Of a stretch of DNA of 64,000 bases, positions 25,891-41,257 are shown piece by piece. Every line of letters begins with the position of its first letter. Positions within the stretch are counted from its first letter, which is position 1. The notes below the pieces were generated by a model that saw nothing but the letters and a program-made list of their open reading frames with translations, searched no databases and was not told the DNA's origin. Origin of the DNA: Azolla caroliniana (taxonomy: Eukaryota; Plantae; Polypodiophyta); assembly GCA_043228905.1 (NCBI GenBank), contig JBHGNT010000010.1:16926001-16990000 (forward strand), written 5' to 3'. Made by a program: the position numbers and the translations under genes.

Positions 25891-26860
25891 TAATGGTGGT
25901 GGAGAGATGCTAATGGTAAGATGGTTTCTTTCTTTGACTACTCTGTAAAATTAGGTAGGGAATTCCAACGAAGGAGGAATCTAGTTATGCCAGTTGCAGC
26001 TAAGGTATAGTTAAGTAATAGTATTCCTATGCATTCAATATTGGCATTCTGGACATGGTTGTGGGCTCTGCATATTCCTCGCAAAATCACTATATTTAGA
26101 TGGTTATGTGTCCACAATGCACTTCTAGTCTTGGAATGGATGCATAGGGAAGAGGGAATCAAAACTTGCTCTTTTTGTGGGTTTCATTTGGAATCAATGC
26201 AACGTGCCTTATTGAACTATATGAGTACATGCTCTGTTTGGAAACGTATGTTGCGCCTCATTGATGTTGCGTATGGACCTAATGTGATTACATGGGGAAA
26301 TGTCTTTTGGATGGATGTAAATGTGGATAATCATAATTATGAAAGATTAAAGATACTATTTACCCTTCAAACCAGAGGAAGGCAAGTTAAGGGCATACCA
26401 TATTCAAGCTCAAATCGGTTGAACATGGATGCCACAGTACAAGCTACGATATTATTGATGGTTCTGTGGAATATTTGGATAGATCGATGCAAAAATGTGT
26501 TTCAACAAATAAAGCAATTGTGTGAAGGAAATTTGGTCGATGCTTATTTCAATTTTAAAAGGTCAATATGACTCCTTCACTAGTAATGAAGATACCATTT
26601 TCTAAAACAACAATCCTTTAAAGGCAAGTGGAAGGATTTGTTCGTCTTTGTGGAGAGAAATGACAAAATGGTTTGGCAAGATGTACCCCCTCGATGGTTG
26701 TTTCCTCCATAGGTGGAGTTTGGTTTCAATTATGACATAATGGGGGATATACCTTTTCTCCTTATAGTACCCTCCACTAGCTTGTATCATTATATGCTTT
26801 GTATACGCTTATTAGATTGGTAATGAAAACTATGGTGTAGTTTTGTTTTAATAAATAAAG
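25891..26860 (+). mobile_element. L1-clade LINE 3' fragment (zf-RVT region)
   Basis: ORF 26029-26571: FWTWLWALHIPRKITIFRWLCVHNAL...CSFCGFHLES...VW, LWNIWIDRCKNVF. It is followed by a degenerate C-terminus and an AATAAA-like tail. Confidence 0.75.
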
Positions 26861-26869
26861 CTATACAAC

Positions 26870-27880
26870 AAAGATGAAACATCTCCCAAATATCTTTTTC
26901 CATGATGCCCAATCTTTGCACATATTTGTCTAAGAATCTCATGAGTTCAGCACCTCTCCATGAAAATACCCAATGCACAAAAATGTGGCAAATGGTGAAG
27001 GTTCTTCAAGTAACCAAATCACTCCAATTGACTCATCTAGGACAACCATATATACTATAGTTCTACAACCATTGTCAAAGAAGAAAACTTGAGCAAATTT
27101 TTTTACTCCACTCAAAGGTTGGTTGGTTTGTGTCTTGTGGATTCTTTAGTGGTTTTGGGCTCTCCCTTTCATTATGCATTCTTCACTTTTAGGGCTTCAA
27201 GGATTTGCTAATATTCCCATCATTCAGATTCTTTCAAGGTTTCTAGGAATTCTTCTTGTTTGGGGCTTTGGATCTAAGACAATGGATATCAATAGATCAT
27301 CTTCTTTTAGTAGAGTAAAACTTATGTTGTGTTCACCCAACCTAGACATCAACACATCCTAGTTATCACTCTCTAACACCTTAAGAGTGTCAACATGATA
27401 GATAGCATTGAAGATGTAAACATAAAACCTTACTTAGCCAGATACTACCAACCAATGCCTCTGTTTGAGATTGATGTGTTCTAGGTAGCTACCCAATATT
27501 GTTAACTTCAACCAATGGTCACCACTGTCATAGACGACAAGTTCACAATATGATGATGTCAAAGATTCTCAAGCAAATCCCATAAGATGCACTAGATCGC
27601 GAAAATGCAAGTGTCCAACAATGTGTTAGCAACGGAGCTCATTGTTGGTACTAGTTGAACCCTAACTATTAACTTGTGTAGAGTAGGAGGATAAGATCAA
27701 CTAGAAAGGTAGACCAAAACTTCTTCATACACAATTTGACATCCATGCAACCATCCTCAATGAGCCCTTCATTGTTGTGACTCAAGTGGAGATCATGGAT
27801 CCTTTCTCCAAGAAAACGATGTGGATATTGTAAGAGAGTTGTTAGAGTAAGTGATAGTCTAGGCTACTCAAACCCCGATG
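26870..27880 (-). mobile_element. Degraded LTR-retrotransposon gag/protease-like remnant
   Basis: Broken minus-strand reading frames of gag-like character (FSWRGAELMRFLDKYVQRLGIMEKD). No intact motif. Confidence 0.3.
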
Positions 27881-29098
27881 AAAAGAAAACAAAAAGTCCC
27901 AAAAATAAGAAACACTTTACAAACAATGGAGCATCAAATTTTATATGAATAATACTAAAACCAAATCAAAGGTGCAACATCTACAATAGACATTATTGTA
28001 AATTTGTATTACAAAGTTGATGAAGTAAGTTTCCCTCAAAGATATGATTGACGATCTATAGGAGAATATGGATGCGAACTGTCAAGTGATTGTCTAAGCT
28101 GGGTTAATGGTTCTCCAAGGTGTAGATGCAATGTTAATACAAAATACAAGGCTTTCAACTAAAAGCTCAAGCTAACAATAGGTCTCCTACCACATAAAAG
28201 ATATCATGCTGTATAAATTCAACAGAAAACATTTACAATGTGCTTATTCATCATGCAGACTTTCCTACCATTTTGGCAATCTAACCAAGCGGGCAGAAAA
28301 CTCATTTACCATCATCTTTCAAGTTGTCAAAAACTCAAGATTCCACAAATTTCCTGCCATAGCTTCAGATTCGTTTCGCAATTGCTCATCTATGACTAAT
28401 GCAATGAAGTGAAAACCAAATGCCTCTTTTCTTTGTTGACATGACTACTTGTTCCACACTCTTCACCTACTTTATAACTAGTCTTTTCCCAAATCAGCTC
28501 CGTTATTTTCCAATGATTAAAAAGCAATTCGGATCTCACTGGATAACGAAAATTACCAGCATGAAGGTTGCCATATAATTTCCCAATGAAGAGGATTAGT
28601 AGTCTGTCATTTTATCGTAATCTTTTTTCACGATTAATATAATGTAATTCACAAACATAGCAAATAACAATGATTACATAAGCCATGCAAGGAATGCACA
28701 AGTTTACAACTTTCCGATTTCCCGAGAGTACATTATAAGAATAAGTGGAAATCAGTTCATGATATTACAAAATCGTCAGATTGCTATTCCTTGCAATAGC
28801 TTCCTTTCTTCATCTGCTATCAATCACAGTTTAACAGCTGAATGGTCTGAAACTCTTCTTCAAAGCAAAAACAAAGATAGCAAAAGAAAAAATGTCATCA
28901 TGCTCACCATCAACACCTTATTTCAAAAAATACATAGGGATATATGAACCTACCCGAACCGGTACTACTACAAAAAATGGTATGCTACTAAGCAAAAAGC
29001 AACTCTCCCGCATATCATCCATCAATCACAACACAGATTTCAGGGATATCTCTACCCATTCCGAGCAAACCCTTGCTTTAAAGCAATCATGATATAAG

Positions 29099-32000
29099 CT
29101 AATATCCAGCCATTGATGGCATGCCATACCCAGGCATTCCAGGCATACCTGGCATTCCCATCCCAGGAATTCCCATCCCTGGCATACTTGGCATACCCCC
29201 TGCAAATCCAGGGTCATAGCCACTGCCCATTCCAGGCATAGGAGGTGCAGGTAAAGCCAACGGTAGCAATTGTGCATACATATTCTGCAACCACAACATA
29301 AGAAAGCATTAAAATAAAGCACAGAACACCCATAATGTTTTGGATATGTACCAGGGAACCCTTTAAGTTTTCAATAATTACAAGAATACCCCACTGCAGC
29401 AGTAACGTTTTGTATTAAATAGGAGTATTCTGGTAATATTGAAACGTTCTTTCTGAATCTTTTCTGGTAATATTGAAACGTTTTGGATATCTAACAGGGA
29501 ACCCTTTTAAGTTTTCAATAATTAGAAGAATGCCTCACCGCAGGAGTAACGTTCTGGTAATATTGAAAATTAAAGGGGTATTCGAGTTGTTTACTCAACA
29601 AGTTAGGGTCATTAAAATTCAAACATAATATGATAGATGGAAATGATACTGATATTAGTGTAAGGGATACCTGTGTTGCAACCAGTTCTTTTTCTTCTTC
29701 CTGTTTTGTTTTCATCTCTGCCTGTGATTGGATTTTGTCCTTAACAAGTTCATCAACTTTACCGGTATACTCCCGCAGAAACTGTCAAATTTACAAAAAC
29801 CATTCCGAGTGACTTTCCAAGAAGTATAGCCTTCATTAACTAAACAATAAATCGTTCTATGACACAAACCTGCATCAAGTATGGGAATACAAAGTCAACA
29901 ATATTGTTCATCCATGCCAACTCCAGAGCTACATCAGCCCGGATCAAGTCATAACAAGTGAATAAGCATGAAGCAAAGCACTCCTTTTTACCCTGTAAAC
30001 AAAGGCAGAAGGTTAGGAACAAAAGCTACAAACTATATACATAGCATTATTATTGTAAAGCTCAGTAATATAAAAATACTGAGCACCTTCTCCACGAAAA
30101 AGGATAGAAGTTCTTCAGCAAGATCACGATCACCAGACTGAGAACATGTTTCCATGGCGTCTTTGTATAAATTGTCTTTCTTTGAGAGTGCCACAGACTG
30201 TTTCCATCTACCAGCTTTCTTGTAAATAAGCCCTGCAATGCGTCGGAACTCGAGCAGTTCATGTTTCTCAAGCTACACAAAATCAAGTGGCACCTTTAAA
30301 ATCTTATACTCTTTACATCAGCAACTTATAGCTTGAACTAAAGCACATAGATTAATTACCTTCTGTGCTAAGGTAAGTTGATCAAAATTATCATGCATGT
30401 CGATGGACTCTCTAAGGCGCTCATAATCCTCTTCTTCTATATAAAGAGCATTAAGAGCCTCATTAACAGCCGCATTGTTGTTACTCTGAACTGCAACCAT
30501 ATAAGGTTTTACAAGTGGCAGGTGTCCAGCCTGAAGAAAAACCAGATGATTTCCTTGGATAAGACTTTAGAACCAAAAAACACACTGAATGAACTAAGAT
30601 AAAGACAACCATACAGGAAACATTACCAAATCTCAGTGAGTGTCATAAATTATGAATTTTGTTTTAATATAATAAAGCTCATTATATACTTCTGTAATGC
30701 AGAGAACAAATATGCATTTAAGTTTTCCACTGTCCTCAATGATTCAAACAAGGAAAAAATAATCTGCCCAGTACAAAACTGATACAACAAGATAGAATAT
30801 GCAGAATGACAAGAGGTTACCTTCTTCATGATGTCTACGACCCTTGTATGATCAACTCTTGCAGCCAGGACATTCAACAGATCATTAATTAGGTCAGGAT
30901 GTTCTTGTAAATAGAAATGGACAGCCTTGTAATATAGCTCTAAATTGGCGACCTTCACAGATACATCCTTGAATTGCATGTGATCCCAGGCTTCTGGAGA
31001 ATGGTTCATTATAGTTGTTGCAGCATTGTCAAACTCATCATATTGAATATACAGGTAAGTGAGTTCTTTCCAATGCTGCTGCTCATCACATACACGGATA
31101 AGTTTTGGAATATTGAGACGCGTGGAAAAGAGTTTCAAATGTTCCATCAATTTTTCTGGACGATATCGAGCATAGAGGCAGCCAAGTTCAGTAAATATCC
31201 CCATGTGAGCTCTTTCTAGACCAAGGCCACTTTCCATCAATGAGATAAGCTCATCAAAGCGACCTCTATTCTGATAATAGTCACTCACTTCTTCTAAGTC
31301 ATCAACCTTCACAGCACCAAAACATAGTATTGAATATTCCAACCAACCATTCAGTTAGAAAACCAGAACAATAAGATCAATATATCTGAATACCTGGATT
31401 ATAATATTAAGTCCACATATTTGCGCTAGCCTGAACTCTTCAGCATCTACACAAGCGAAGCAGACTTCTTTCCATGTCCTTGAGCTGTTGGCCTTCCTTG
31501 CTGCATCTACCGCCCCTTGGAACTGGTGTAGTTTCACTAAAGTACTTGCTAGCCTTGGCCAGTTAGATATGTGAGTAAAGATTATTTTTGCTGCCTCATA
31601 AAGAGCCTCATCATACAGACGATCACCAACATTTGGAAGATTTGCTACATTAGGTTGTAAGATGAACTCCTCTATGTCTCCCAGTCTGTCTATCTTGGCA
31701 TATGCATAAATCAGTTCAGAATCAACCTTTGGTTCCTTCACCTTTCTCCGCACCATCATTAAATATTTAACTAGATCCTCAAAAACTCTGGCTTGCTCTG
31801 CAGCTCGTATAACATCAAGAAATTCAGTAGCATCGTTGGCCAGAATGAAGGACTCTATTGCATCACTCACAAGCCCTTCTCTTAGTTGTGCTTTTGCAAC
31901 CTGGCTCCAGACCTCATCCTCCTCAACTCGAGATGCAAACTCAACAGCTCGCTCAATACTGCGTATATTATCCAGCAGAACATTGACAGCCTGAACATTC

Positions 32001-35000
32001 AAATTGAATTTTTTGAAAATTGCAAAGGCCTCCTCATATAATTCTGAACCAACGGCTATCTCTCCGACTGCAGGACCATCAAAATTGTCTAGACGGTTAA
32101 CATAATCCATAACTCGAGACTTGTCCGCTTTTATAGCAGTGAGTATAAGCAAATTCTGAAGGTTTGGGTTGCCACTGAACGCTGAGTTCTGAAGCACAAT
32201 TTTTTCAAGGAGTTCAATGAGCTCATGAGGCAAATCTGCTGTCATGAAGGCTTTCACTGTTGCTGAAACCTGCTCAGGGTTCTTGCTTTCTGGCAGTGCC
32301 GTTGATACTACTTGATCGATGAGCTGACGTCTGTAAGGATTCTCTGGGTCAAGCACCTTTGCCCATAGATCCGAGTCCATTCGTTCTACAATATACCTGA
32401 AACATAGAAGGCATCAAACTCTAGTAACATGTTCAACAAAGATCCAGAAATTAATGCTAGGTTAAGTGAACTATTAATACCGTGCTTGCAGTTTGAAAAG
32501 GGAATTCTTATTTGTGACATTCACCAGCTCATCATCACATTGGCCACGCCTATACGCAACAACAGCCAAGGTTGGGTCTCTTTTCTCGCAATATTTTCCC
32601 ACAACTCGGGAATCATAGTACGGATTAGTTGTAAGAAAATGCTCAGGGTTGTTGTTGGAGTCTATGATTATTTTTCCAAGTGCATTATGCACATGTACAT
32701 CCTGACTTCCCTCACTGACAAGATGCTCCAAAAATTGTGTAAGCAGCTTCAACCGATTTCTGAAAACAGTACATGAAAAGACCAAAAACATTTCAGAAAA
32801 TGCATATCAGAAACATAACCACAGTTGATGATAGCAAAGATTTGAAATCCCTATCTGTGACCTTTTCTCACACTCTTCAACCAGAGGCTCTACTGGAAGA
32901 AGAGAACGAACAGAGAGGATCAATCCTTTAATGAAATCATCCGGGCAATCATCATCTAGCAACTGACCAACAACAAGTGGAGCATTGTTTGGATTCACCT
33001 GAAACATAATGCAGAGCCCGTCAGATTCCATTCAAAATATCAAGGATTTGTAGACATGTTAGAATGCTAATGCTCATAAACACGATTTCCAAACTCACCT
33101 TTTGCACATATCCTTCAATATACCTAAGCATATTGTTTGTGTACAGAAAGTGGGTAAGATCCGGAACAAAACCAAACCGATCACAAACATTAATCAATGG
33201 ACGAGCATCAGGGAGTTTAGCTTCCATGAGAAAGTTTTTGGTTTTTTCAGCATCATAGAAATTTGATTCCCTTGTTACACGTTCGACTTCTTTGATTTGT
33301 CCAGTCTTAGCAGCAGCTTCGATGTATTTGAAGTGTATTTCAGGATCCTCACTGAAAGTAAGATTAAGGAAATGACAGAATATTTCAAAACACATCGTTG
33401 AAACAAATAATTCTCAGTATCAAGTGCATTGGATAACCTATCTAATAACCAGCTTCTAGATATTTGGTACCTTGAGCTAAGATAAGATCCAAGGAAGAAG
33501 TAAAGGCCCTCATAGGACTTGAACTGTTCGAATAGTTTAACACAGGCATCCACTCCAAGCTGTTCTGAGTACTCTTTTGCAACCTGCCAGGTAGTACATA
33601 TGCTTCATAGATATGCTTCACAATATGCATGCATATAAACATAAATGAACATTAAAAAAGCTTGCCTGCACTATTATCTGCAAATTCCCACGCATATTGA
33701 CCAACAAAAGTTCTTTCATGCAATCCAGTGCCCAGTCTTTTGACAATGTCCCAAAAAACTCGACTAGGGCCTGTCATCAATACACAAATATAAATTGTTA
33801 ATTACACAGACGTAAATGAACAGCTCAGTTAAAGAGTCTACAAAAGTTTTAGGAACCTGAGGCTCGATCGCATGTGTGTTTATTATAATCCGCTTGATGT
33901 CAGTCAATTCTGTGTAGTGCTGTAGAACATCAATGTCAGATTACACTCTTTAAGTAAATCAGATAACAATTTGCTAAATATAAGGCATATGTATTGATAC
34001 CTGGAGGGCTCGCATGTACAATCCTGCTTTCTCACAAAGTTGTGCAATACGTGGGCGATCATAATGGCTGAACATCCCATTTGCTAATATAGCATCAGCA
34101 ACATTTGGAAAGGTTACAAGATTAATTTCCAGAACCTACAACCACCACAAGAATATTTAGATACCAATTTCATACAGTAGTAACATTTCTGTGTGTAAAT
34201 CAGTACCTTCGTCTGCAACATTGCATGCTCTGGAATATTTGGCTTCAAGACATCTAATAAGAAGGATGTCGCCTCCCGTATCAAGTTACGCTGCAAAATG
34301 ACAGAGGTTACAAAAAATGCTAATGTAGTCGCTTAAAATCCACCATATCCTTTCATCAACATTTCCTGTTAATTTCATACTGAAATTGACATTCTCGTTT
34401 CTGTGTCACTAATTCTATACCTGAAGGAACAAGTCTGTAATGACATTATAGTCAACAGGACACCCACCCTCCATTTGAGACATCATCAACGCAAAATTGA
34501 CAGCACCCTTGCAAAAAGGAAGTCGTTTTGAGATGAGATACAGTAATTCTTAATAATGACAATAATAATAAGAATTATACCTGGGCATCTGCTCGAAGAA
34601 TTGTTTGAAGTAGAAATAAATAATCAGGAGTATACCCAACCTGTACAGCGACACATTGAAGGAAAAAAGGCAGCAAATGAGACATGTTATGGACAATGTA
34701 CAAACTTTCTGAGACACTTACAAACCTGTTTTGAGTAGACAAGGATTTTGTCAAATTCTCGCCTTTCAGCAAATGCAGCAACTACTTTGGGTGTGGCTCG
34801 TGCTTTTATATATATTTTCAATGCCATGTCATTGTCCACCGTCTAAGGAGCAGAAGAAAAAGTGAGAAATAAACGGGGTAGATTATTTATAATTTATATT
34901 GGAGCAATGCACTAATCATTACTTTAACAAGATCACCAAGCTCCTCACTACATTCCAATTTGTCTTCTGCCAGCCAGTTCTCCAGCAAGTTCTTTTTATT

Positions 35001-38000
35001 TTGATTCACAACAAGTCTTGAGAGCTCCAATGATTCGAAAGCGTTTAGTTTTCCCTTCGTGAGCAAAGTTCCAAAATATTGCAATAGAGGGGGTGTTTGT
35101 CCTGCTTGTACAGGTACGCTCTGCAGCCAAATAATCATGTCTTAAAATACTGAGATTATTAAGGTAAGTTTTAAAATCCAATGGACCGTCATGCACAAAC
35201 CTGAAATTTAGCCACAGTATCTGGAGTTCGGAGGATGCCCTGAGGAGATTCGGCTGCAAGTTCTGCAGCCTCTTTATATTTCATTTGAGAAAACAGTTCA
35301 TGAAATCTTTGGACCACCTATTCAAGGAAATAAAATACATTTAGACTTAGTAACTCTGCTTTAAGTTGTATAACAGTGAAATTAAGTTTTTAAAAGAATA
35401 GACTGATGACAATGCTGATTAATAAGTTAATCAATCATAGTTACAAGGAAGAAGCTTACCAGATTCTCAGCTCCAGGTAAATTGCCCCGCTTAGCCAGAT
35501 TTACAGCCAACTCAAGATTATTTAGCTGAGGTTGACAAAAACCATTGGAAAATTTTGATTCCCATTAAATAAACACAGGATAACTTTTAAAGAAAACGGA
35601 GAGAGAGAAAAGATCACCTGCCCACTGACAAAAGGTACGATGGTGGCTTCGTTTACTGTGGCGAGCAAAACCTGGCCACGCCTATTGATAGCATAAAACC
35701 CTCCAGTTGCAGGAGAATCAACAGTAAGAAATATAGGATCTGGACTGATACGGTTCCTATACACAGCAGTTGCACTCTCTAAGTCATAAACAAACAAAAG
35801 ACCTAGCTTTGTCACAACATATATTAAGCTGTATTTCTGAGAAATCTGCATACAACAAAAAGACAATACGATCAGCATCTATGGTTTCTTTAAGAATAAT
35901 GATAGAAACATACAAAGACCAACCTGCATCGAAACAGGAAAATCATCTGCAAAGTCTGGAGGAAAGAACAGATCAGCCTGTTTTTTTGTGAATCCAGGCT
36001 TGCCTGCTCAAGATTTTGTAAAGAAATAAATCAATACAAGGAAATTTTGAGTTTCTGTTAAAAAAACATACTTCTTCAATTTGCTGTGTTTTCTATATTA
36101 TAGGGCATAACTTTGAAAGTCTTTATCTCAATTTCTTGCAAGTGCTCTTGCATAAAAGCCTCCCAAGCACAGAGATGATGTTGAATTTTTAAAATATGCT
36201 CCATTTGCAAAACAATAAAATGAGACTAGAAATAACTATAAAGCAGCCTGAAATCATAATACACACAGCAAGACAGGTGAGTTACTATCCCAAAAACTCA
36301 ATTACTGAAACGAGTAACAGTTCAATCAACGCAAAATCCATAGATAAATCTTTTTAGTCAGCAATTTGTTGAAACTTGAAGATTGAAATGTCTTGAGAAA
36401 TAGAGAGGGTAAACGACTGAAAGCTGTTTGATAGTAATTCGATTCATGACTATCATAGCTCAAAGATTCACAATCAGTCATTTGAAAAACATTGGTTGGG
36501 CAAAATTTTATTATGAACAGTTAGCAGCCAAATATACACAAAAATGATAAATGCATCAACAAATCTGCTCTGAGTAGACCAAGAGAAAGATTGTGCTGCT
36601 GTGGGAACCAAAGCATAAAAGCTTTCCTAGACTAAAGACAAGTGGAAAAAAAAAATATGCTGTACCTGGCTGTGCACCAAGTTCAATAACATGGAGTTTG
36701 GAGGTAAGCTGTCCTCCTGAGATAGTTTTGGTTGCAAAAGAAATCAGGGTTGAAGGAGTATCATTTCCAGGGACCTACACTCCAAAAAATGCACATATTT
36801 CAGTCAATACAAATTCCCTATACCAAGAAATATGTGGCTTGCATATGATCTTAAACTCATGAAACAGACCTTCAAACTTGCAAAACTTGCTGCATGTGCT
36901 TCAAGTGCCTGACTTCTTTGTTGCTCAACAGAGAAGAGTTGCATATTGCCTTTAACCAGCTGAGGACGCTGAAAAAGAAAACCCATAAAATTTCAGTGAA
37001 ACATTGACTTCAATATTATGATGAGATTGTAAAAAATTATACCTCCGCAGCTCCCGGGGCAATTCCTATAAGGACCAACCACTTCTCAGATGGATCACAT
37101 CTATAATTGATGATCTGATTTCCTGAAAGGTTGGCAGTGCGATCGAAGACACGAACTGGTTCTGAATCACCTATTTTATGGAAAGTACAAGCATGTGATT
37201 AGGCAAGGCATACATTCAAAAATACGCATGTCTTAAAAAGCAAAATGAAAGATCAAGTCAGTGATAAACTGCATGTAAAAAAGGAGTGCAAATCCACATT
37301 TCTGAGTGCATGCCACATCTGATATTGATGACAGAAAAGGAAACATGAAAACTAGGCAAACTGAAAACACTTCCACACCTTCAAGATCCCAATGATAAAC
37401 AGCAACTTGTGTCACAAGACCAAGCATCTTTGGTGTGATCCACTTCCAAAACACCACCTATAAAAAGATCACTTTTACAAACGCAACTATGGAAGAAAAC
37501 GAGCATAAATAAGCTAGATACAAGAAAATGTTAGAAACACAAGAAATTAGTTAAAGGATTCAACCTGCTCAGGCATTTGATACGATTTAATTTTTGCCTT
37601 TAACTCAATGTTAAAAATTTGCAAATGATCCTGAGTCGTTGAAGGAATTTGAGCTGCAAGATCGAATTGTAACAATCAGGCTATGAATATTTCAGCAGAG
37701 ATTTTACGCTATAGAAACACGATGTTCAAACTGCAACTGAAACTGTGGTTCTACTCATACTCATGCATGTTAAAACAACTATTATCGGAGTACAACTGAT
37801 TAGACAACAAGAATAGAAGAAAAGGAAAGGAAAAGACAAATATGGGATAAAGAATTTGTTTCTAATAAAATAGAAAACAACTTCTGGCTTTCATAGCCAG
37901 CATAATCAATAACCTTTATTATTTGGAAAGGTATGTATAGAAACGTAGACATTCATATTGACATTTCCTCTAAATTATGATCTACACAATGAAATAGAGT

Positions 38001-39925
38001 CTCTTGGGGGACGATTTGTAAAACTTTCCAGAAAATACTATGCATTTAAACTACTAGAGCCAGAACGGAATTTTCTGCAGAAAACGTCCATAACCATCTC
38101 ATCACAATTGATAACTTGACACCAAAGAATGTAAAGATACTAAACATGAAAAGCATGTCACGTGACATTATCATTCAATAGTTCATGAGAAATGACAACA
38201 GTGACAAAACAGTTAAAATTAGAAAAATGAACCAAAGTTTCAAAATTCATGGACATTAATTTAATAATCACTGATTGATTCCATAAGATGCTACTTATCT
38301 TCAAAAAACATGGTCAAGCAAAGTGACATAATATTAGAGCCACACAACTATATATGAATATTTAGCCACATGAAGAGGAATAAACATTCGAAGAACAAAC
38401 ATAGGAATGTGTGCAAGGTAGAGGCTTGGGACACTAAATAGTACTGATTACTTTCAAACTATTTGACAGGCATTAAGGAGAACTACATTGCTGAAATTCA
38501 GCTCAAAATAGTACAATTTATAAGACACACATATATCCCTTTCTTTAATCTATATTATTGTTATTTGAAGGTCCATAAAAATATGTTTTGACTAATCAAA
38601 CACTACCGAGGGTACCTTTCAAAGCAAGGATCCGGTTGTTAGGGTTCATCAGGGCAGAATCAGCAGTGATAGGGCGGCGAAGAGGCTGCATCGGCATGCT
38701 CATGTCCACAATGACCACACTGTTTTGAGGAGCTGTCTCACGGATGCAAATATACTTCTCTGACTCCATTGTAACGTGTGTGAATGTGATGAACTGCTGA
38801 TTTACTCCCAAGCTTGGCAGCTGCACAAAAAATTATGAGAGACCTTCACGAGCTCTTGAACTCCATCAAATAATCACAACTCTCTCAAAGATGAATATCC
38901 ATCATTGTCAGCAACATCAGATCAACAAAATCTAAAAGGATTTTCCGTTTATTTAGATATGGAACATCAGAACTAGGCATCCGAGTCTCTTAAGCAAATT
39001 GCATAGATTTGTTTGTATAGCGCTATCCTGTAAAGAAACTAATACTTAAATCTACGTTGATGGAAATGCATCTTTACAGAACGATGAGAAACTTTATGAG
39101 CTAGATCCACACATATGCAACTGATTTTCACTCTTTTCCAGCCTTCGTTATACCAAAATAAAAGGTTTCGTCTTTAAACGGATTCTGAGATTCCAAATAC
39201 TGCAGCAGAAAAGATGGCATCTTCTTTGAGAGGTGTACTCTTGTGCGAAGAGCAAATCACAAGCTGAATATCCAATTGTCACAATCAAAACGATGTGTTC
39301 CAATCAAAACGTTGCATTTGTGTATGATGTGAGTGTGGAATGATGCATTCCTTTATTGTATGAAAAATTCGCAAGCTAAAAACTGAAGAAAGAAGATCCA
39401 GTTTGCTTGAGGCTATGCTTTCTTAAGCGATGGGAGAGTGAATGAAGATTGTGCGAATCTCAAGCTGAGCATATAAAGCTCGAAAGAAATAAGGAAATAT
39501 GCAATCTGCTTGAAAAAATATGCATTTCTGTGTGATCAGAAAGCGCATAATGACGAGTTTTGTCCTTATAAATCGAGCAAATGACAAGACAAATTTCCGA
39601 GGACGGTAGTATTCTTCTTGAAATGGTGCATTTCTGTGTGATATAAGAGTGTAGAAGAGCATATTGTCTTCGAGCGAGTAAACCACAAGTTGAGAGCTCC
39701 ATAGATCGCAACAACACAAGTGCAGATTTCTTGAAAAATACGCATTTCAGAGTGATGCAAGGGTGCACAATGACACAATTCCGTCAATAGATCGCGACAA
39801 AGAAAGAAGAAAAGACGCAGTTTGGTTGAAAATATGCATTCTCTCTGGGATTTAGGGAGTGGAGGGAGATGAACACTCACCGTGAGGAGCTCCTTCATAG
39901 CGATGGGGGCGCTGGCAGCCGCCAT
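29099..39925 (-). CDS. CHC1: Clathrin heavy chain, complete, 30 exons, ~1713 aa
   Basis: Exons: 39925-39881, 38820-38616, 37653-37565, 37457-37379, 37170-37043, 36968-36870, 36774-36666, 36003-35924, 35845-35618, 35525-35460, 35317-35201, 35120-34923, 34842-34726, 34640-34581, 34507-34421, 34290-34207, 34135-34001, 33919-33857, 33770-33666, 33583-33471, 33351-33099, 32998-32862, 32759-32481, 32396-31394, 31306-30821, 30530-30360, 30272-30087, 29992-29870, 29781-29671, 29284-29099 (5142 nt). Diagnostic peptides: [81 protein letters not shown]. Assignment to CHC1 versus CHC2 cannot be determined. Confidence 0.97.
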
Positions 39926-40456
39926 GGCGAAGACGATCAGATAAGAAACAGACGCACAGGAGACTAGAGGAAGGATCAGATCGGAAAAAGGAAGTACTCA
40001 GAAACGAGGGAAGGAGAAGAAAGAGGGGACGGATCGGATCAGGAGAAGATGAAAAGTTGTGTCTGTGTCTGCAGAGCGAAGGAAGGAAGCGATGGCGACA
40101 CGCGCAGAAAGCTCCCCCGCCGCGCTTTCACAAAACACAGAAGAGGGAGAAGACGAAGAAGAAGAAATTTTTCGTCGTAATAATTATATTTTTTTGCTCG
40201 CATTTTTCTCTTTTTTTCTGCAAAAACCGCTAATTTATTTATTTATTTACATATTTATTTATTTATTTATTTATCCATGATGCTTTACAGCTTTTTGGAG
40301 CTTTCCTTTCTTTGCCTTTTTGTTTTTCCTTTTACTTCTATTGTTGCTTCATTTTCTTCTGCTTTTGTTTTTTTTTTGCTATGCAAATGTGTAGGGGTAT
40401 ATGTCCTCCCGTTTCCTCCTCGATTTGTCCGCGTGTCCTGCAGTTATGCATACACT

Positions 40457-41257
40457 TAGGAATCGGCAACGGCTCGGTTTAGGCTTAGCCGGTTTGGCCT
40501 TATCCAAGCCAAACCGGCTAAGCCTAAACCGTTTAATGGTTCTCAAACTTGAACCAAACCGAACCGAACCAGTCCCTAAACTGGTTTAGGCTAAACCGGT
40601 TTAGTCTAAACTGGTTTAGGAAACGGTTTGGAAAGCGGTTTGGGAAGCGGTTTGGATTATTGTAACTTGACAAATTGAAATATATGTTAAATCCTCCTAA
40701 CCCTAAACAAGTAAAACACTGAACAATTAGTGAACAAGTAAAACACTAAAGACTTGATGAAGACCGATAAAAACAAGTAAAACACTGAACAATTAGTGAA
40801 TTTAAGGACGATTGAAACAGTTTGCAAGGATCAAAATTTAAGGACGATTGTAGAAGGGTAAAGGGTGAAGGTTGCAGCCTGCAGGAGATCCTCTCTCACT
40901 CAGTCGCTCTCCCTCAGTCTCCCTCTCGAGCCCCTCTCCGAGCTCTCTCTCTCTGATCTCTGTAGACTGTAGATTGTGAGTCGTAGTGTAAGACTTAAGT
41001 CTTAAGACTGTAGACTTTAACCTTTTTAAGTGTTTTAACTTTTTAAGTGTTTTAACTTTTACTGTGACCTAATTTTAATAATCGGCTTAGCCGGTTTGAG
41101 CCGGTTTAGCACAACTTGAGCCGAGCCGAGCCGAGCTCAAACCGTTTAACCCGACTCAAACCTAAGCCGAGTCGAGCCGAGCCGCCAAACCGCAAAACCG
41201 GTCTAAACCGGTTTATCTAAACGGTTTAGGCTTGAGCCGAGCCGTTGCCGATTCCTA
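40457..41257. mobile_element. Non-autonomous hAT-superfamily DNA transposon (801 bp), 8-bp TSD
   Basis: TIR TAGGAATCGGCAACGGCTCGG...CCGAGCCGTTGCCGATTCCTA. TSD catacact at 40449-40456 and 41258-41265. Dense subterminal AACCG/CGGTT/GCCGA motifs are typical of hAT ends. Confidence 0.93.

Noticed and set aside
29337-29560. Duplicated ~70-bp block in the last CHC intron as an alternative exon
   Set aside because: It is a local tandem duplication with no clathrin-like coding or phase-compatible splice sites that I could identify.
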